Assembly (NCBI GenBank): GCA_951406725.2
Contig: OX597835.1
Location: 50,468,001 to 50,532,000, forward strand
Direction: 5' to 3'
From: Octopus vulgaris
Taxonomy: Eukaryota
Length of the DNA stretch: 64,000 nucleotides
Part shown: one piece after another, positions 1-14,281 of the stretch
Layout of the letters: each line of letters starts with the position of its first letter
How positions within the stretch are numbered: position 1 is the first letter of the stretch
Notes under the pieces: model-generated
What the model saw: the letters and a program-made list of their open reading frames with translations, nothing else
What the model was told of the DNA's origin: nothing
Database searches by the model: none
Made by a program: the position numbers and the translations under genes

Positions 1-452
1 TATCATTGAATTGTACAGTGTGTGTGTGTATGTACAAAAGCAATTCCGCCAATGACATTTTGTTGTTTCAGCCTCAACTGAAGATTTGAAATCCAGGAAC
101 GGTCGATGAGGATCATAAAGTGCCTTGATGATATGAAAACCAATTTTTATCCAAATATCCAAACCATTCTTACCAATGCTTAATTTTAGAGATCTGATTG
201 CACCCAATTTTTTGAAATACAATACAAAAGTGTTTGGAAATTCTTTCATTACTTTATTGTCATATAGGTGCATTCAAATGCAAGACATTTTCTCCAGGCT
301 CTACCATTCAACTGAAATAGCAGCTCAATTATGGGAATTGAAATGAATTCACAAACTCAATTCACTGATGGCTTCTGATAATTTTCTCTCTGAAAGTAAC
401 GTAGCTAACCTTTATGATGCAAACTGATCCAATCAAAGCCAACATTAGTATA

Positions 453-1735
453 CGGGTGTCTGAGCTAAATTTGATGATCCCCTTTTTATGTCACCTTTTT
501 TCAGGAATAGCTTGATGTATTGGTGAACAGCCATTGGTGTTGGGGAACATAAAGGTAAAAGTTGTAGCGGAGAAAAAGTTAGCTGACAACAAAAAAAAGC
601 TGCCTGCACTGTGATGACTCACACCAAGTCTTAAAATGCTACCTAGTGCTCTCTGACCATTGTAAAGGCTGTTAGACATGATGTGGATAGCTGCAATGGA
701 GACTATGAAGCTGTGACCAGCAGGAGGGACACAGCAGGCATTCTGTCTGCATTTGCACACTGGAATTAATCAAACAACTGCAGGATAAGGTGTTAGAAGA
801 GCCAATCCAGGGAATCCAGGCTTTAACAAGGGAGAAGCGTATTGGAGTCGTCAGTATAATGCTAGTCCTGAATGAGGACCTTCACTTCCACTTATACAAG
901 AGATGCAAGGGACAAATTTTGACAGCCAAGGAGGACAACTTGATGAAGGCAAAGAAACACTTGAACAAGCTGAGGCATTCTGTTCAGCTGAAGATGATCT
1001 GATTCTTCTCAGATGAAAGACAACTTCTGCCAGGACCAGTTGCACAACATGCTAAACAACAGCTGGTTTGCCTACAGTCCATGTGATACATGTCCCATGT
1101 TTTTCCATGTGATACATGTCCCATGTATCATGAAAATCAAGTTCCCCCAAACTGTGATGGTCTGTGCAAGTATTTTCAGGGTGGGTCACATCATGCCACC
1201 CAACATCTTTGAACAGAGCCTTGGGTTCAATTTGGATGATTTTGTGAAGCTCCAAGAAACTCTGGCCAAACCCTGGCTGGAGAGGGTTGCTGCTGGAAGG
1301 CCATATTTGTACTAGTGGGACTTGACTCCTTGTCTTACCTTCTGCAACAGTCAGAAGTGGTTTTTTGGAGAATTTCTATGACTTCACCAGCCCCAATTTC
1401 TGGCCTTCTAATTTCCCTGATTCTGATCCTATGGGGCACAGTTGAAAAAGAGGCCAACTGCTCTACTTGCAAAACCAAGGCCCAGCTGGTGGCCAAGATC
1501 AAGGAGTTATTCAAAGATCTTCCTTGGAACATTGTGAGGAATACAACACCAAGTTCCAGAGCCATCTTGAGGCCATGTTAGAAGCTGAGGGTGGCTACTT
1601 TGAGGAAACTGTTATCTCTTGGCCATAATCTAGTTTTGATGATTTTTTGATTTTTAAAACACTTTCACTTTCGGATGGGATGTTGTGTTTTCTTTTCCCT
1701 TTATGCAAACTGTCAAATTTAACCCAAGCACCCTG
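453..1735 (+). mobile_element. Degenerate Tc1/mariner-superfamily DNA transposon with decayed transposase
   Basis: TA-flanked imperfect TIRs (cgggtgtctgagctaaatttga ... tgtcaaatttaacccaagcaccctg). Frameshifted transposase pieces: FSDE, KFPQTVMV, GHIMPP.IFE, GRPY, WGTVEKEAN...TKAQLVAKIKELF, EAEGGYFE. Confidence 0.85.
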
Positions 1736-2259
1736 TAATACTGATTTCTAACGTTGGTACAAGGAACAGATTTTTATGTAGGGTCTAGTTAATTATATAG
1801 TCCTCAGTACATAACTGGTACCAGTGACATAGAACAGGTTTTGGATGAGCTTTGCAGTGACCAAACTTGCCACTTCCACCTTCCTTAAACATAACAAGCC
1901 TTCAACTACAGCCAATAAACTTATATATAAAATGGCCACCCCATGTGAGCTGCACTTCCTGCATAACCCATTGGCTGGTACTTTTTTTTATTGATTCCTG
2001 AAGGAGAAAAGCTACGGGTGACCTCAGCAGGATTTGAACTCAGAATGTAAAGGGCTGTAAATAAATTCCTGAAAGAAATTTGTTCTACTAATTTCTATAA
2101 CAGGCACAGTAGTTAAGAGATCTGATTTGTTACTGGTTGATTCTAAGTTCAATCCCAATATGCAGCACCCTGGACATCTTCTATTGTAATCTTGTGTTGA
2201 TCAATGACTTATAAGTGGAATTTAGTAAAAAGAAACTACAGAAGCAGTTCATTGGGTGC

Positions 2260-4577
<2,318 letters not shown>

Positions 4578-4970
4578 CTAGCAGTATCGCCCGGCGTTGC
4601 TCGGGTTGTAAGGGAAATAACTATATAAGCATTTTTAGAGAGTTATAGCCAAAAAATAGCAAAAAAATGCATTAAAAATTGAAAAAAAATTAAGGTAAAT
4701 TTTTTTTTAAATCGTTGACACATCGTAGATATTTTTAGAGAGTAACTTCCCTTATATAAAAGCGAAAAAAATGCATTAAAATGGAAAAATATGATGGTAA
4801 ATTTTTTAAATCGTAGACTCATCGTAGACGCACGCTAATACCCAGAAGGGCTCGATATGAATCACGACTATAAGATACCCGCTTTTGGTTAAACTGCACC
4901 GCAAAATGTGGGAGTAGTTAGGAATCTAAATCGTAGGAGACAGACACACAACTTCACTCTTATATAAAGA
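4578..4970 (-). mobile_element. Non-autonomous Helitron-like element, type B
   Basis: On the minus strand it starts TC and ends cccgagcaacgccgggcgatactgCTAG, inserted at A|T. Same 3' end as 2849-3231 but a different 5' part. Confidence 0.8.
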
Positions 4971-4971
4971 T

Positions 4972-5296
4972 GCTTTTTTTTTTCAGTCATAGAGTTAGAT
5001 TTATGAAGGTCTTCAGTAGAAAATCCTTCGAATTCTGACTCGCTGCTTGATATAATGAAATTCGTATCCATTTTTTGTCAGAATTACAAATTTTGAAAAC
5101 ACAATAGGAACAAATTTCGGAAAAAAATCTCCCATAATTCACGGAATTAAAATTACACTTCGATTTTTGTACAAAACTGTAGTTGAAGTGTTTACGAAGT
5201 ATAATACGTGTTTTCATGAATGTACTAAAGAGATTTGCTCTGATATTCTCATTTAAATATGAATAGGTAAATTCGGGCGGCTTGGTAATGAAAGGG
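4972..5296 (-). mobile_element. piggyBac-like element 5' end fragment
   Basis: Minus strand reads TTAA|CCCTTTCATTACC. It is followed by an acidic leader (MDTNFIISSSESEFEGFSTEDL) like piggyBac transposase N-termini and is cut off by the Helitron. Confidence 0.5.
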
Positions 5297-5320
5297 TTAA
5301 ACGGATGCATACATTTATTA

Positions 5321-6188
5321 ATCTCTTATTATAATAACTATATATAAGTGTCGTCTGTTTATACATAAACACTGTTTCATACTGCAATTATATATACATA
5401 TATCTATATATAATATTATATAATAAAATATATACAGAGTAAAATAAAAACCAATTTACCTTTTCTGTCCGTCCGTGTGTCTTTGCAAATGTGTTGGAAT
5501 GATAAGTGAGTTGTGATTTGGCGCCTTTTTTACTAATAACAAACACACACGTGTTTGTATGTAGTTGTATGTGTATGTAGTTGTATGTAGTTGTATATGT
5601 ATGTGTATGCATGTGTGTGAGGAATGACACACACACACTCACGCACGCACACATGTACATCAATGCTTTCGAAGTGATATGTTAAAATATTGAGTTTTCT
5701 CGAATTTTGTCTTAATTGGTGGTAAAATTGAAAGAAATTTTTTATGGCATCACCCACTGAAGTACTCTGAAAAATCATGGGTACACTCTAATTGAAGAAA
5801 TTGTGTGAGGAGTAAATCGTTATGTATTTATTTGTTTCTGTTTGCTGTGTTTCTTTATTTTTTGAGTAGTGGTTTAAATACTTTCAGTTTAGTCTTCCTC
5901 AAATCACTCTGTCGCTATTTACTTTCATTTTATTCGTTGCACAGTGTGTGTGCGTTTGCGTGTGGTGTAAACCAGACTAAGAAAAGCATTTGACATACAC
6001 ACCAGAATGTGAGTTTTCTGTAAATTTTGCTTAATTGGAGTTTAAATTTTAAAAACTGGACCTGGCATGACCCGATGAATTCTACTCTTAAAAATGCTTG
6101 GTAAATTGTAATTGAAGAAATCCTATATTGTAGATTTCTATAACTCCCAAAGGGAGGCAGATAAAATCTGCCTTTTATAATAAGAGAT
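5321..6188. mobile_element. Unclassified element with 14-bp inverted ends and subterminal hairpins
   Basis: atctcttattataa (5321-5334) is the reverse complement of ttataataagagat (6175-6188). The right ~270 bp recur at ~7905-8174. Confidence 0.55.
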
Positions 6189-6205
6189 ATATATATATAT
6201 ATATA

Positions 6206-6611
6206 CTAGCAGTATCGCCCGGCGTTGCTCGGGTTTGTAAGGGAAATAATTATATAAGCATTTTTAGAGATGTAAAGTATAATAGCCATCTCAATATGGC
6301 TAACCACAAAGGGGGAGGGGTGTTACTGTAGCTTTTTACGTTCTGAGATTTAATAATAAATTTTAGAGAGTTACTTCCCTTATATATGTCAAAAATGGAT
6401 TAAAAATGGGAAAAATTGATGGTAAATTTTTTTTTAAATCGTAGACTCATCGTAGACTCATCGTAGACACGCGCTAATACCCAGACGGTCTCGATATGAA
6501 TCACGACTATAAGATACCCGGTTTTGGTTAAATTGCACCGCAAAATGTGGGAGTAGTTAGGAATCTAAATCGTAGGAGACAGACACACAACCTCACTTTT
6601 ATATATAAAGA
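6206..6611 (-). mobile_element. Non-autonomous Helitron-like element, type B
   Basis: Close copy of 4578-4970 with the same TC/CTAG termini and hairpin, plus an extra internal segment. Confidence 0.8.
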
Positions 6612-6773
6612 TTTCCTCTATTTACATAATATTGAGGTCTCTTTCTTTCTTTTGTTATCTTACTGTTTTTACCAATATACATATATATATATATATAAAT
6701 ATATATATAGTTACAGAGATGTACTTGCATAGCAAGTGACTTGATCTGAGATCATGTGCTGGAACGAAAACAG

Positions 6774-7032
6774 TTGCAGCGTTGAAGGTGTTTATAAGCC
6801 ATTTAAGAAACACACAAAAACCGTTAGATTCACTTTAACATTTAAATTTAATTTGTCAAAATATTTTCGTCGCTTTGAGACCGCGACCTGTTAGCACGAT
6901 ATTTTTGTCAGTGAACAGGTCGCGGTCTCAAAGCGACGAAAATATTTTGGCAAATTAAATTTAAATGTTGAAGTGAATGTAACAGTTTTTGTGTGTTTCT
7001 TAAATGGCTTACAAACACCTTCCACGCTGCAA
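6774..7032. repeat. Long inverted repeat (~119-bp arms, 21-bp spacer) of a Penelope-pLTR-like repeat
   Basis: 6774-6892 is the near reverse complement of 6914-7032. Other copies at ~14905-15000 and ~15553-15750. Confidence 0.9.
6904..6954 (+). ncRNA. Putative minimal type I hammerhead ribozyme with G3-C8 core variant
   Basis: Stem I tttgtca/tggcaaa; core GTGAACA plus an extra G; stem II gtcgc/gcgac; GAA; palindromic stem III AATATT; predicted cleavage triplet UUU. Confidence 0.55.
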
Positions 7033-7089
7033 TATATATATACACACACATATATATATATGTATGTATGTATGTATATGTGTATATGT

Positions 7090-7325
7090 GTATGTGTGTG
7101 TGTGTGCGTGTCTGTGCTTGTGATTGTCCTCCACCACTGCTTGACAACGAATGTTGGTTTGTTTACATCCCTGTCACCTAGTGGTTTGACAAAGGAAACA
7201 GATAGAATAAGTACAATGCTTACAAAAATAAAACTGGAGTTGATTCATTAAACTACAATTCTTCAAGGCATTGCCCCAGCATGGCCACAGACCAATGGCT
7301 GGAAAAAGCAGAAGAATAAAAGAAT
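7090..7325 (+). mobile_element. 3' half of CORE-like tRNA SINE (family 3)
   Basis: Matches the fuller copies at 53020-53410 and 57480-57825; tail gccccagcatggccacag. Confidence 0.75.
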
Positions 7326-7374
7326 ACATTCTCTGCTTTGGTCTTATGTTCAAGGCATGAGAAAGCTTGAGTTT

Positions 7375-7660
7375 ACATGAGAAGGCCTAACAGACCTGGT
7401 AGAAACAGCAGCCAAATCTCCCTCAAATCATACCTTACTGTCTTATGTATGTATATATATATATGAGCCAATGAGGGGGACCTCTACATGGTAGCTAGAC
7501 CTGGTAGAAATAGCAGCCAAATTTCCCCCAAATCACACCTTACTGTCTTATCTATGTATATATGTATGTATGAGCCTATGAGGGAGACCCCTACATGGCA
7601 GCTAGACATGGCAGAAATAGCAGCCAAATCTCCCTCAAATCACACCTTACTGTCTTATCT
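7375..7660 (+). repeat. Three tandem ~100-bp copies of an interspersed repeat
   Basis: agacctggtagaaatagcagccaaatctccctcaaatcacaccttactgtcttat occurs three times. Dispersed relatives lie near 11100, 11550, 22660 and 53700. Confidence 0.85.
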
Positions 7661-7904
7661 TTCTGTTACTTGGATATAGGTCTTATATTCATCGTAAAAA
7701 ACTTTCCTGTCACACACTCACGCACACGCACACACACACACACACACACGCACCCTCACACACACGCACACGCGCACACACACACACACACACTCACACA
7801 CACGCACGTTAGCTTACAATTTTATTTATATATTTGCGTGTCTATGTGTGGAAAGAGGAAGTGGGAGGCAGAGTGAAAGAATCACTCACTACAGCAAGTG
7901 AATT

Positions 7905-8174
7905 ACTTTCATTTTATTCGTTGCCCACTGTGTGTGTGCGTTTGCGTGTGGTGTAAACCAGACTAAGAAAAGCATTTGACACACACACCAGAATGTGAGT
8001 TTTCTGTAAATTTTGCTTAATTGGAGTTTAAATTTTAAAAACTGGACCTGGCATGACGCGATGCATTCTACTCTTAAAAATGCTAGGTAAATTGTAATTG
8101 AAGAAATCCTATATTGTAGATTTCTATAACTCCCAAAGGGAGGCAGATAAAATCTGCCTTTTATAATAAGAGAT
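7905..8174. mobile_element. Second copy of the hairpin-ended element seen at 5920-6188
   Basis: Near-identical sequence ending ctcccaaagggaggcagataaaatctgccttttataataagagat. Confidence 0.8.
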
Positions 8175-8229
8175 ATATATGTATGTATATATATATATGT
8201 ATGTATATATGTATATATATATATATGTC

Positions 8230-8272
<43 letters not shown>

Positions 8273-8475
8273 ATTTGAGTAGTTGAATGAATTATCTTAT
8301 TAAGGATAATTCGAAAGATAACCGATACCTGGGTAGCAAATTCACATCAGAAAGAACACGGTTGAAGCTACGTCCCTACGGCATAGACTACGTGTCTTCG
8401 TGCGGAAATTTGTATGTTTATTTTAAAATTATAAGTATATGAAAGAATGGAGTTGAACGACTAGTTAACAAATAT

Positions 8476-8570
8476 CCTTTATTTTTGACATATGTTTCGA
8501 AGGCTGCATATTCCTAATTCCGAAGGAATAAGGAGTACATTATGCAGATTTCTCCTCAGGAAAATCAAGG
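8476..8570 (-). ncRNA. Putative Penelope-type hammerhead ribozyme with long stem II
   Basis: Minus strand: ccttgattttc CTGAGGA gaa..ctgcata...tatgcag..ttc GAAA catatg TC aaaaataaagg. Palindromic stem III ACATATGT; GUC cleavage site. Confidence 0.7.
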
Positions 8571-9035
8571 AACTTATGTCGACATCAAAATGCACAAAAA
8601 ACTTTTAGCTGACCGCTCTCAAGGAGCCCATGGCGATAATGAGTGTCTCTTTATAAGGAGTGACGTCAGAGTGGCTGAATGTAGAAGAATCTAGAAGGTT
8701 CTAAAGGTTCAAGGGTTCAAACGAAGTAGGAGGAGGGAGGCATAAGAATAGTAAGGTGAGAGAGTGCAGGTCAAAAGAATGGTGGGTTTAAATGATTTCT
8801 TTTATGAATGAGTGCCTGTGTGTGTGACTGTATATAACTGTCTTAATGTGTGTATGTGTGTGTCTGAATGCGTGATTGTGTTTGTGAATGGGTAGATGTC
8901 AGAAAACTGACAGCTGTGAGGTGAGAGGTCTGTGTCTGTGTGTTCGATTATGTTTACTGTAGAGAAAGGAAAGTAGATAGCGAAAGGGAGAAAGAATCGG
9001 GCGAGGTGAGATATATATATATATATATATATACA

Positions 9036-9069
<34 letters not shown>

Positions 9070-9362
9070 CATGCACACATAGAGTAAAATTCCAGTCAAT
9101 ATGCTTTTCACAATAAATTTGTTTCTACCATCAATTTAGAGCTGATTTAGAATTGTGTGTGTGAGTGTGTGTGTGTGTGTGCGTGTGTGCCTGTCTGTCT
9201 GTCTGCATACCAATACAAACTGCTGTTTCATGTTACATCACTTTAAAACAAATTAGTACAACTTAGACATTTGATAAATAGAGATCAATATACTTAGTAT
9301 AGTTCCGAAATAAGTATTGCGATCAACTCAGACACTTGGAAATGGATGACCGCACTCGTTAT

Positions 9363-9438
9363 TCTCTCTCTCTCTCTCTCTCTCTCTTTTGCTCTCTCTC
9401 TCTCTCTCTTTCTCTTTTGCTCTCTCTCTTTCTCTTTT

Positions 9439-9472
<34 letters not shown>

Positions 9473-9481
9473 GCTCTCTCT
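9363..9481. repeat. (CT)n-rich microsatellite
   Basis: Directly visible. Confidence 0.95.
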
Positions 9482-10205
9482 CATTTCCCTTTCAGCCTGC
9501 TTATAAAATGTCTTCTTGTCTGCATCAACATAATGCAATACAGTGTTTCCCAGGCATATTAAACATTAATTATTAACTTCGGTCGCTAATAATTAATTTT
9601 TAATAATCCTGCTGATTATTTGTGACATCGGTGTCCGAAATGATGCTGATATTCTATATATATCATAACAGCAAGATTTGTCTGGCAATGCAGTGACCAG
9701 ACGCATCCCACTGGCGATTTCCAGTAGAATGAAATCACAGGATATGGGAGTTCCAACACATATGTCTGCTTTTATGCCAACACACACACTTATAGTTATA
9801 TATTTATATACACACACATATTTCGTATTATTTTCTTTACATTCTAAATTGATTTCAAAACAGAAATTGTGTATTCAGTCTTTACTAAAGTGCTTTCTAC
9901 AAGAAGCAATATCATTAATCGACATCCTTTGAAAATAATTAACTTTGTCTGAGCCGTTAATTGTGTTATGTTTTGGATTCTTACTAATTTCTATTGTTAT
10001 TTTTATGTTCACCATTTTCATTACATATTAATTAATCCAAACCATTTAGTGAGCCTCTAATGTGCTTTTGTTTTCTATCTTACTTTGAGCTTTCAACTTC
10101 AGTACTTGTTTCATTGAGAGGCTGTGGCCATGCTAGGGCACTGCATCTGGCTGTGTGTGATGTTAACAAACAACATACTTAATGAAGTAAATCTCCCTAT
10201 TTCAG

Positions 10206-10421
10206 ATACAGTGAGTCATCAGAGCAGTATCCAGGGTGAATCCGACTCAGAGCCTGAGACTTTTATCCATAATATAACAAATAAACTAGGTAACATTTTC
10301 TCTAGTGATAGTAGCGAGGCTGATGTCAGCGAAACAGATGATAACGATGAAGCATTTGACCCTTCTCTCAACGATCCAGTATTCATGACCTCCAAAGGAC
10401 TTATACATGCTGGCATGAGTG
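10206..10421 (+). CDS. VPS13: VPS13A/C-like protein, internal exon (acidic linker)
   Basis: ttcAG acceptor, GTatga donor, phase 1-1; DTVSHQSSIQGESDSEPE...MTSKGLIHAGMS; splices in frame to the next exon. Confidence 0.7.
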
Positions 10422-11285
10422 GTATGAAGCCTGGCTTCTTTCTTCAAATCTGCAACTACTTCATGTTATCAATGCACATTTGTACAAGGCTTATGTTGCA
10501 CCTACCAATATGCATGTGTATTATTTACATGTTGTTATGTGTTCATTTATTGATCTTGTATTACATATTGATTTCAAATTTTGACACAAGGTCAGCAATT
10601 TTAGGGGAGGGGATAAATCAGTGACTTTGACCCTAGTATTCAACTGATATTTTTTTATCAACCCCAAAAGGATGAAAGGCAAAGTCGACCATTTGAGCTC
10701 AGTACAAAAGTCAGAAAAAATACTGCTAAGCATTTTTTTCCAGTGCAGTAATGATTCTGTCAGCTCACCACTTTGATTTTGTATTAAAAAAGTAAATTTG
10801 AAGCAATCCTTTGAACATCAAGCAATATGATGGGACATACTGTGTTCTCTCACTGCCTTTTGTATTCCAATTGACTTCTCTGCCTTTCCAGCCACCATCA
10901 CTCAGTTGACCCTGACTAATTTGTCTCTTCCCTCCCTCATTACCGATATTGCATCCACCCCTAACTGCTGTGTGTCTCCCCCACCTCTCAGCTGCACCAC
11001 CTTGAAATTCTCTTTTTGCTCATGTTTTTTCTGAAGTTTTCATTTGGTACATTATTTATTCAATTAATGGCTGGAGTAACAAGCCATTGAGAGAGCAGGT
11101 ATATGGTTAGAAAGAGCAGCTAAATATCCATCATATCACACTCTGCCCCCGTAAAGACAGGAAGCTTGGTACAATTTTCTTTGAATTATTTATTTTAGTA
11201 GAGAAAACTCATGACCTTATAATCAGGGGCCGAATGCCCTGACTGCTAAGCCACATGCCTTCATTTAATTAATGATTGAAATAAT

Positions 11286-11497
11286 GATTTCAAACTTTTG
11301 CCACAAGGGCAGCTTGTGGGAGGGGACTGAGTCGATTACATCAACCCCAGTGTTTTACTGGTACATAAGTTACCAATCCTGAGTGGATGAAAGGCAAAGT
11401 CGACCTCAGCGGAATTTGAACTCAGAACATAGTGATGGGCAAAATACTGCTAAGCATTTTGTCCAGTGTGCTAATGATGCTACCAGCTCACCACCTT
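11286..11497 (-). mobile_element. tRNA-derived SINE (family 1, Deu/Nin-like core) with 18-bp TSD
   Basis: B-box gagttcaaattcc and core gtcgactttgcctttcatcc. TSD attaatgattgaaataat at 11268-11285 and 11498-11515. More than 12 further copies (e.g. ~10570, 16500, 20060, 20285, 21170, 23050, 25325, 27500, 53900, 55470, 60000, 60270). Confidence 0.85.
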
Positions 11498-13249
11498 ATT
11501 AATGATTGAAATAATAAGCCAATGAGGGATCATCTATTCACTGGCTTGACTCGTTAGAAACAGCATTTAAATTTCCCTCACATTACATTCTACCTTCATA
11601 ATTAATAAGTGTAGTATGGATAATATAGTCCAGATTGAGATGGTCATGGTTAGAATGTCTGGTAAACTAGAGCTGACCTTGATCCAAACAACAACAACAA
11701 CAGCAACATTGACAAACTTGAGAACACTTGGAGTAACGAGCAATCACTTATTCTTCAGCCTTACTTCATACCAATCGTTCTGAAACGGCTCCTTGTGACA
11801 CAAACTTTCTAGTTTAAAGTGATCTAAATAATTAAAACCTTTCTTCAAAATCTTGTGCTAATTTACGTTTCAAATGCCAGCTGAATAATGACAAAGTTAT
11901 TTCAAGAATTAATAGAAGTGAAGTCAGTGTATTTCTACAGAAAGGTGATAAGAAAAGGGTTTAATACAAATGATCTGTGAGAATAAAACCACTTATTTCA
12001 AGTCACTCCTCTGCCTTATGATTTTATAGGGTCCACAGGCAATATAAAATCTCAAACCAAGAATATCGTTTCTAAACATGGCACAAGGAGACACATCTTG
12101 GATGTGGGTGTGAGATATTGTCACTGAAATAATATTGATCAGTCTTAAAAAACGAAGACATTCTCAGTGAAGTTGTATCAGTATAACACATGGTATCTTA
12201 CGGTGTATTTTTTAATATCTACAAACGTTTTCTGATATTTATTTTTCCCTCCATAACATTGAAGTTACTACATGTTCATCTGGTTTTACACATGATGAAA
12301 ATGTTCAGCTATAATTTCTGTCAAAATGTCTTATTGTCTATTTTTTGTCTCTATCCTTCTCAGTTTCATGCAATTTGAGTTTTTAATTAATTGTGCTTTA
12401 AAAAATATTTTGTTTATTTTATGTTTTGAGCAGCAAAAATGGCTGACCATTCATTTTTATGTTGGATTTAAAAATTTTTGTAATATTTTTCTTTTGCTTT
12501 TTGCATGAAATGTTAAATGTTTGTGTTATACTCAACTAACTACAATAAAATTTAATTAGATTAATTTGTGTACCATGAAGAAAGGTGAACCCTGTTGTGG
12601 AGTTTTATTTCTGGCCACCATAGACCCTTTCCACTTTCCTCCAGACTTATTTTGCTTTTTGTTTTTTTTGTATATTCCATTGCTAACTGCACTTCTCGTG
12701 TATATAAATTAATTATCATATATATATAGAACTCATTATCAATATGAAGCATGCTTTCTATAAAGTCTCAATCTTTGTCCAGGCAAGAAATTTCCAAAAT
12801 GATAATTCTATACAATGTCTTACAAAGTGCTTATTCTTTGTTTTCAATCAAAAATAATCTTTTCTCACTTAATCCTTTAACTTCATTGAATAAATGAACA
12901 TTGTTAACTATTTTTGAAATGTCAAATCCTTTTATTTATGACAAATATATAAAACTAAACACTCCAGACTTGTCACAATAACTACCAGATAACAATCTCG
13001 TTCACCACCACATAACTACTTGTAATTTCTATTCAGTTTAAATTTCAAACTTATCTCCCTTGCACATTTTGAAAATCATTATTATTGACACTAATAATTT
13101 TTGATCTCCATATAAGTACAATTTCAATTGATTTAAAACATTATGTTAGCTCACACTTTACCTAACTAATATATAAACTATTCTATTGATTACATATGTT
13201 CTCTGCTTCTATTTTCCCACCATGTTATACTTCTGTTGTTTCAATGTAG

Positions 13250-13392
13250 GTTCCTTATCGGATGAAGTTGATGGGCAGCTCCATGAAGACAATGAGACAA
13301 GTGTATGTAACTACATCATCATAAACTCCAAGGATGTTTTCCAACTGAATGTAACACCAGCTGCCATTAGTGTAATTAGTGATGTCTATGAG
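13250..13392 (+). CDS. VPS13: VPS13A/C-like protein, internal exon
   Basis: tgtAG / GTgagc, phase 1-0; IIINSKDVFQLNVTPAAISVISDVYE resembles the VPS13A/C SKD-LNIT segment before the VAB repeats. Confidence 0.85.
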
Positions 13393-14240
13393 GTGAGCAA
13401 AAACAGCCATAACAGAATCGGTGTACTGTCACATTTTCTTTGATAGCACAGTTATACTTTATTGCAACAGTGCTGATGAAGATATAATAGGGCTTAGAGT
13501 ACAACAACCCTCATAAACCCTCTTTTGAACATTGTGTGTGTGTGTAGTGTGGAACCATTAATCCAGACATGTTTTTTTCTTCTCTCAGTTTTTTTTCCTC
13601 TTTTATAAAATGTAAAAATATTATAAATTATTCATCGATAAGATAAGTAACGTTTTTATTTAACAATATTATTTAATTTTTGAATTGTATTATGTTTGAT
13701 TATTATTATTATTATTATTGTTAAAATATTAATTTATATATGGTTTCGTGATAATTATTAGCTACAATACGTATATCTATCTAATTTATTATGTTTATTA
13801 TTATTTTTATAATGTGATTTAACGTATTACATATAATTTACTTTGAGAAATAGTTTTGTAAGGCAATATATTATTTAATAGTTAGGAGGTTTATTTGTTA
13901 TGTAGTATTACATTTAAGTAAATAAGTTTAATAGACCCATTTTCTATTTTTAATTCTAATATTCATAGCTTGTACTAGCATTATGTGTATAACTTAACAT
14001 GATGATTTTTTTGTATATATTACTTAATTAGAATAAGATTTAACTTAGATGTTTATTAAATAAATTAATTAATAAAGTAGTTGTATACTGTCAACTTAAT
14101 GTGGCAGTCCCATGAAGGGAATCATATTACTGCTATTTAGCCCTAGGAAACAGCAACGCTTCCTATCGGCCTTGACACATTTCCTGTGTCCTTATGTTTA
14201 CAAGGGGGAGATAAGCACCTCCACCCAGCTACGCCTGCAA

Positions 14241-14281
14241 CCAGAGACTAGTTTCTGAGTATTTGCTCATCATCAGTCTGG
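14241..14281 (-). ncRNA. Minimal type I hammerhead ribozyme (Penelope type)
   Basis: Minus strand: ccaga CTGATGA tgag-caaata-ctca GAAA ctag TC tctgg. Perfect stems I and II, palindromic stem III ACTAGT, GUC cleavage site. Confidence 0.85.

Noticed and set aside
9672-9800. Possible extra VPS13 exon (QDLSGNAVTRRIPLAISSRMKSQD)
   Set aside because: Weak acceptor, no clear phase-compatible donor, no recognisable homology.
10310-10375. FFAT-like motif in the acidic exon (ETDDNDEAFDPS)
   Set aside because: Poor match to the EFFDAxE core; an acidic tract alone is insufficient.
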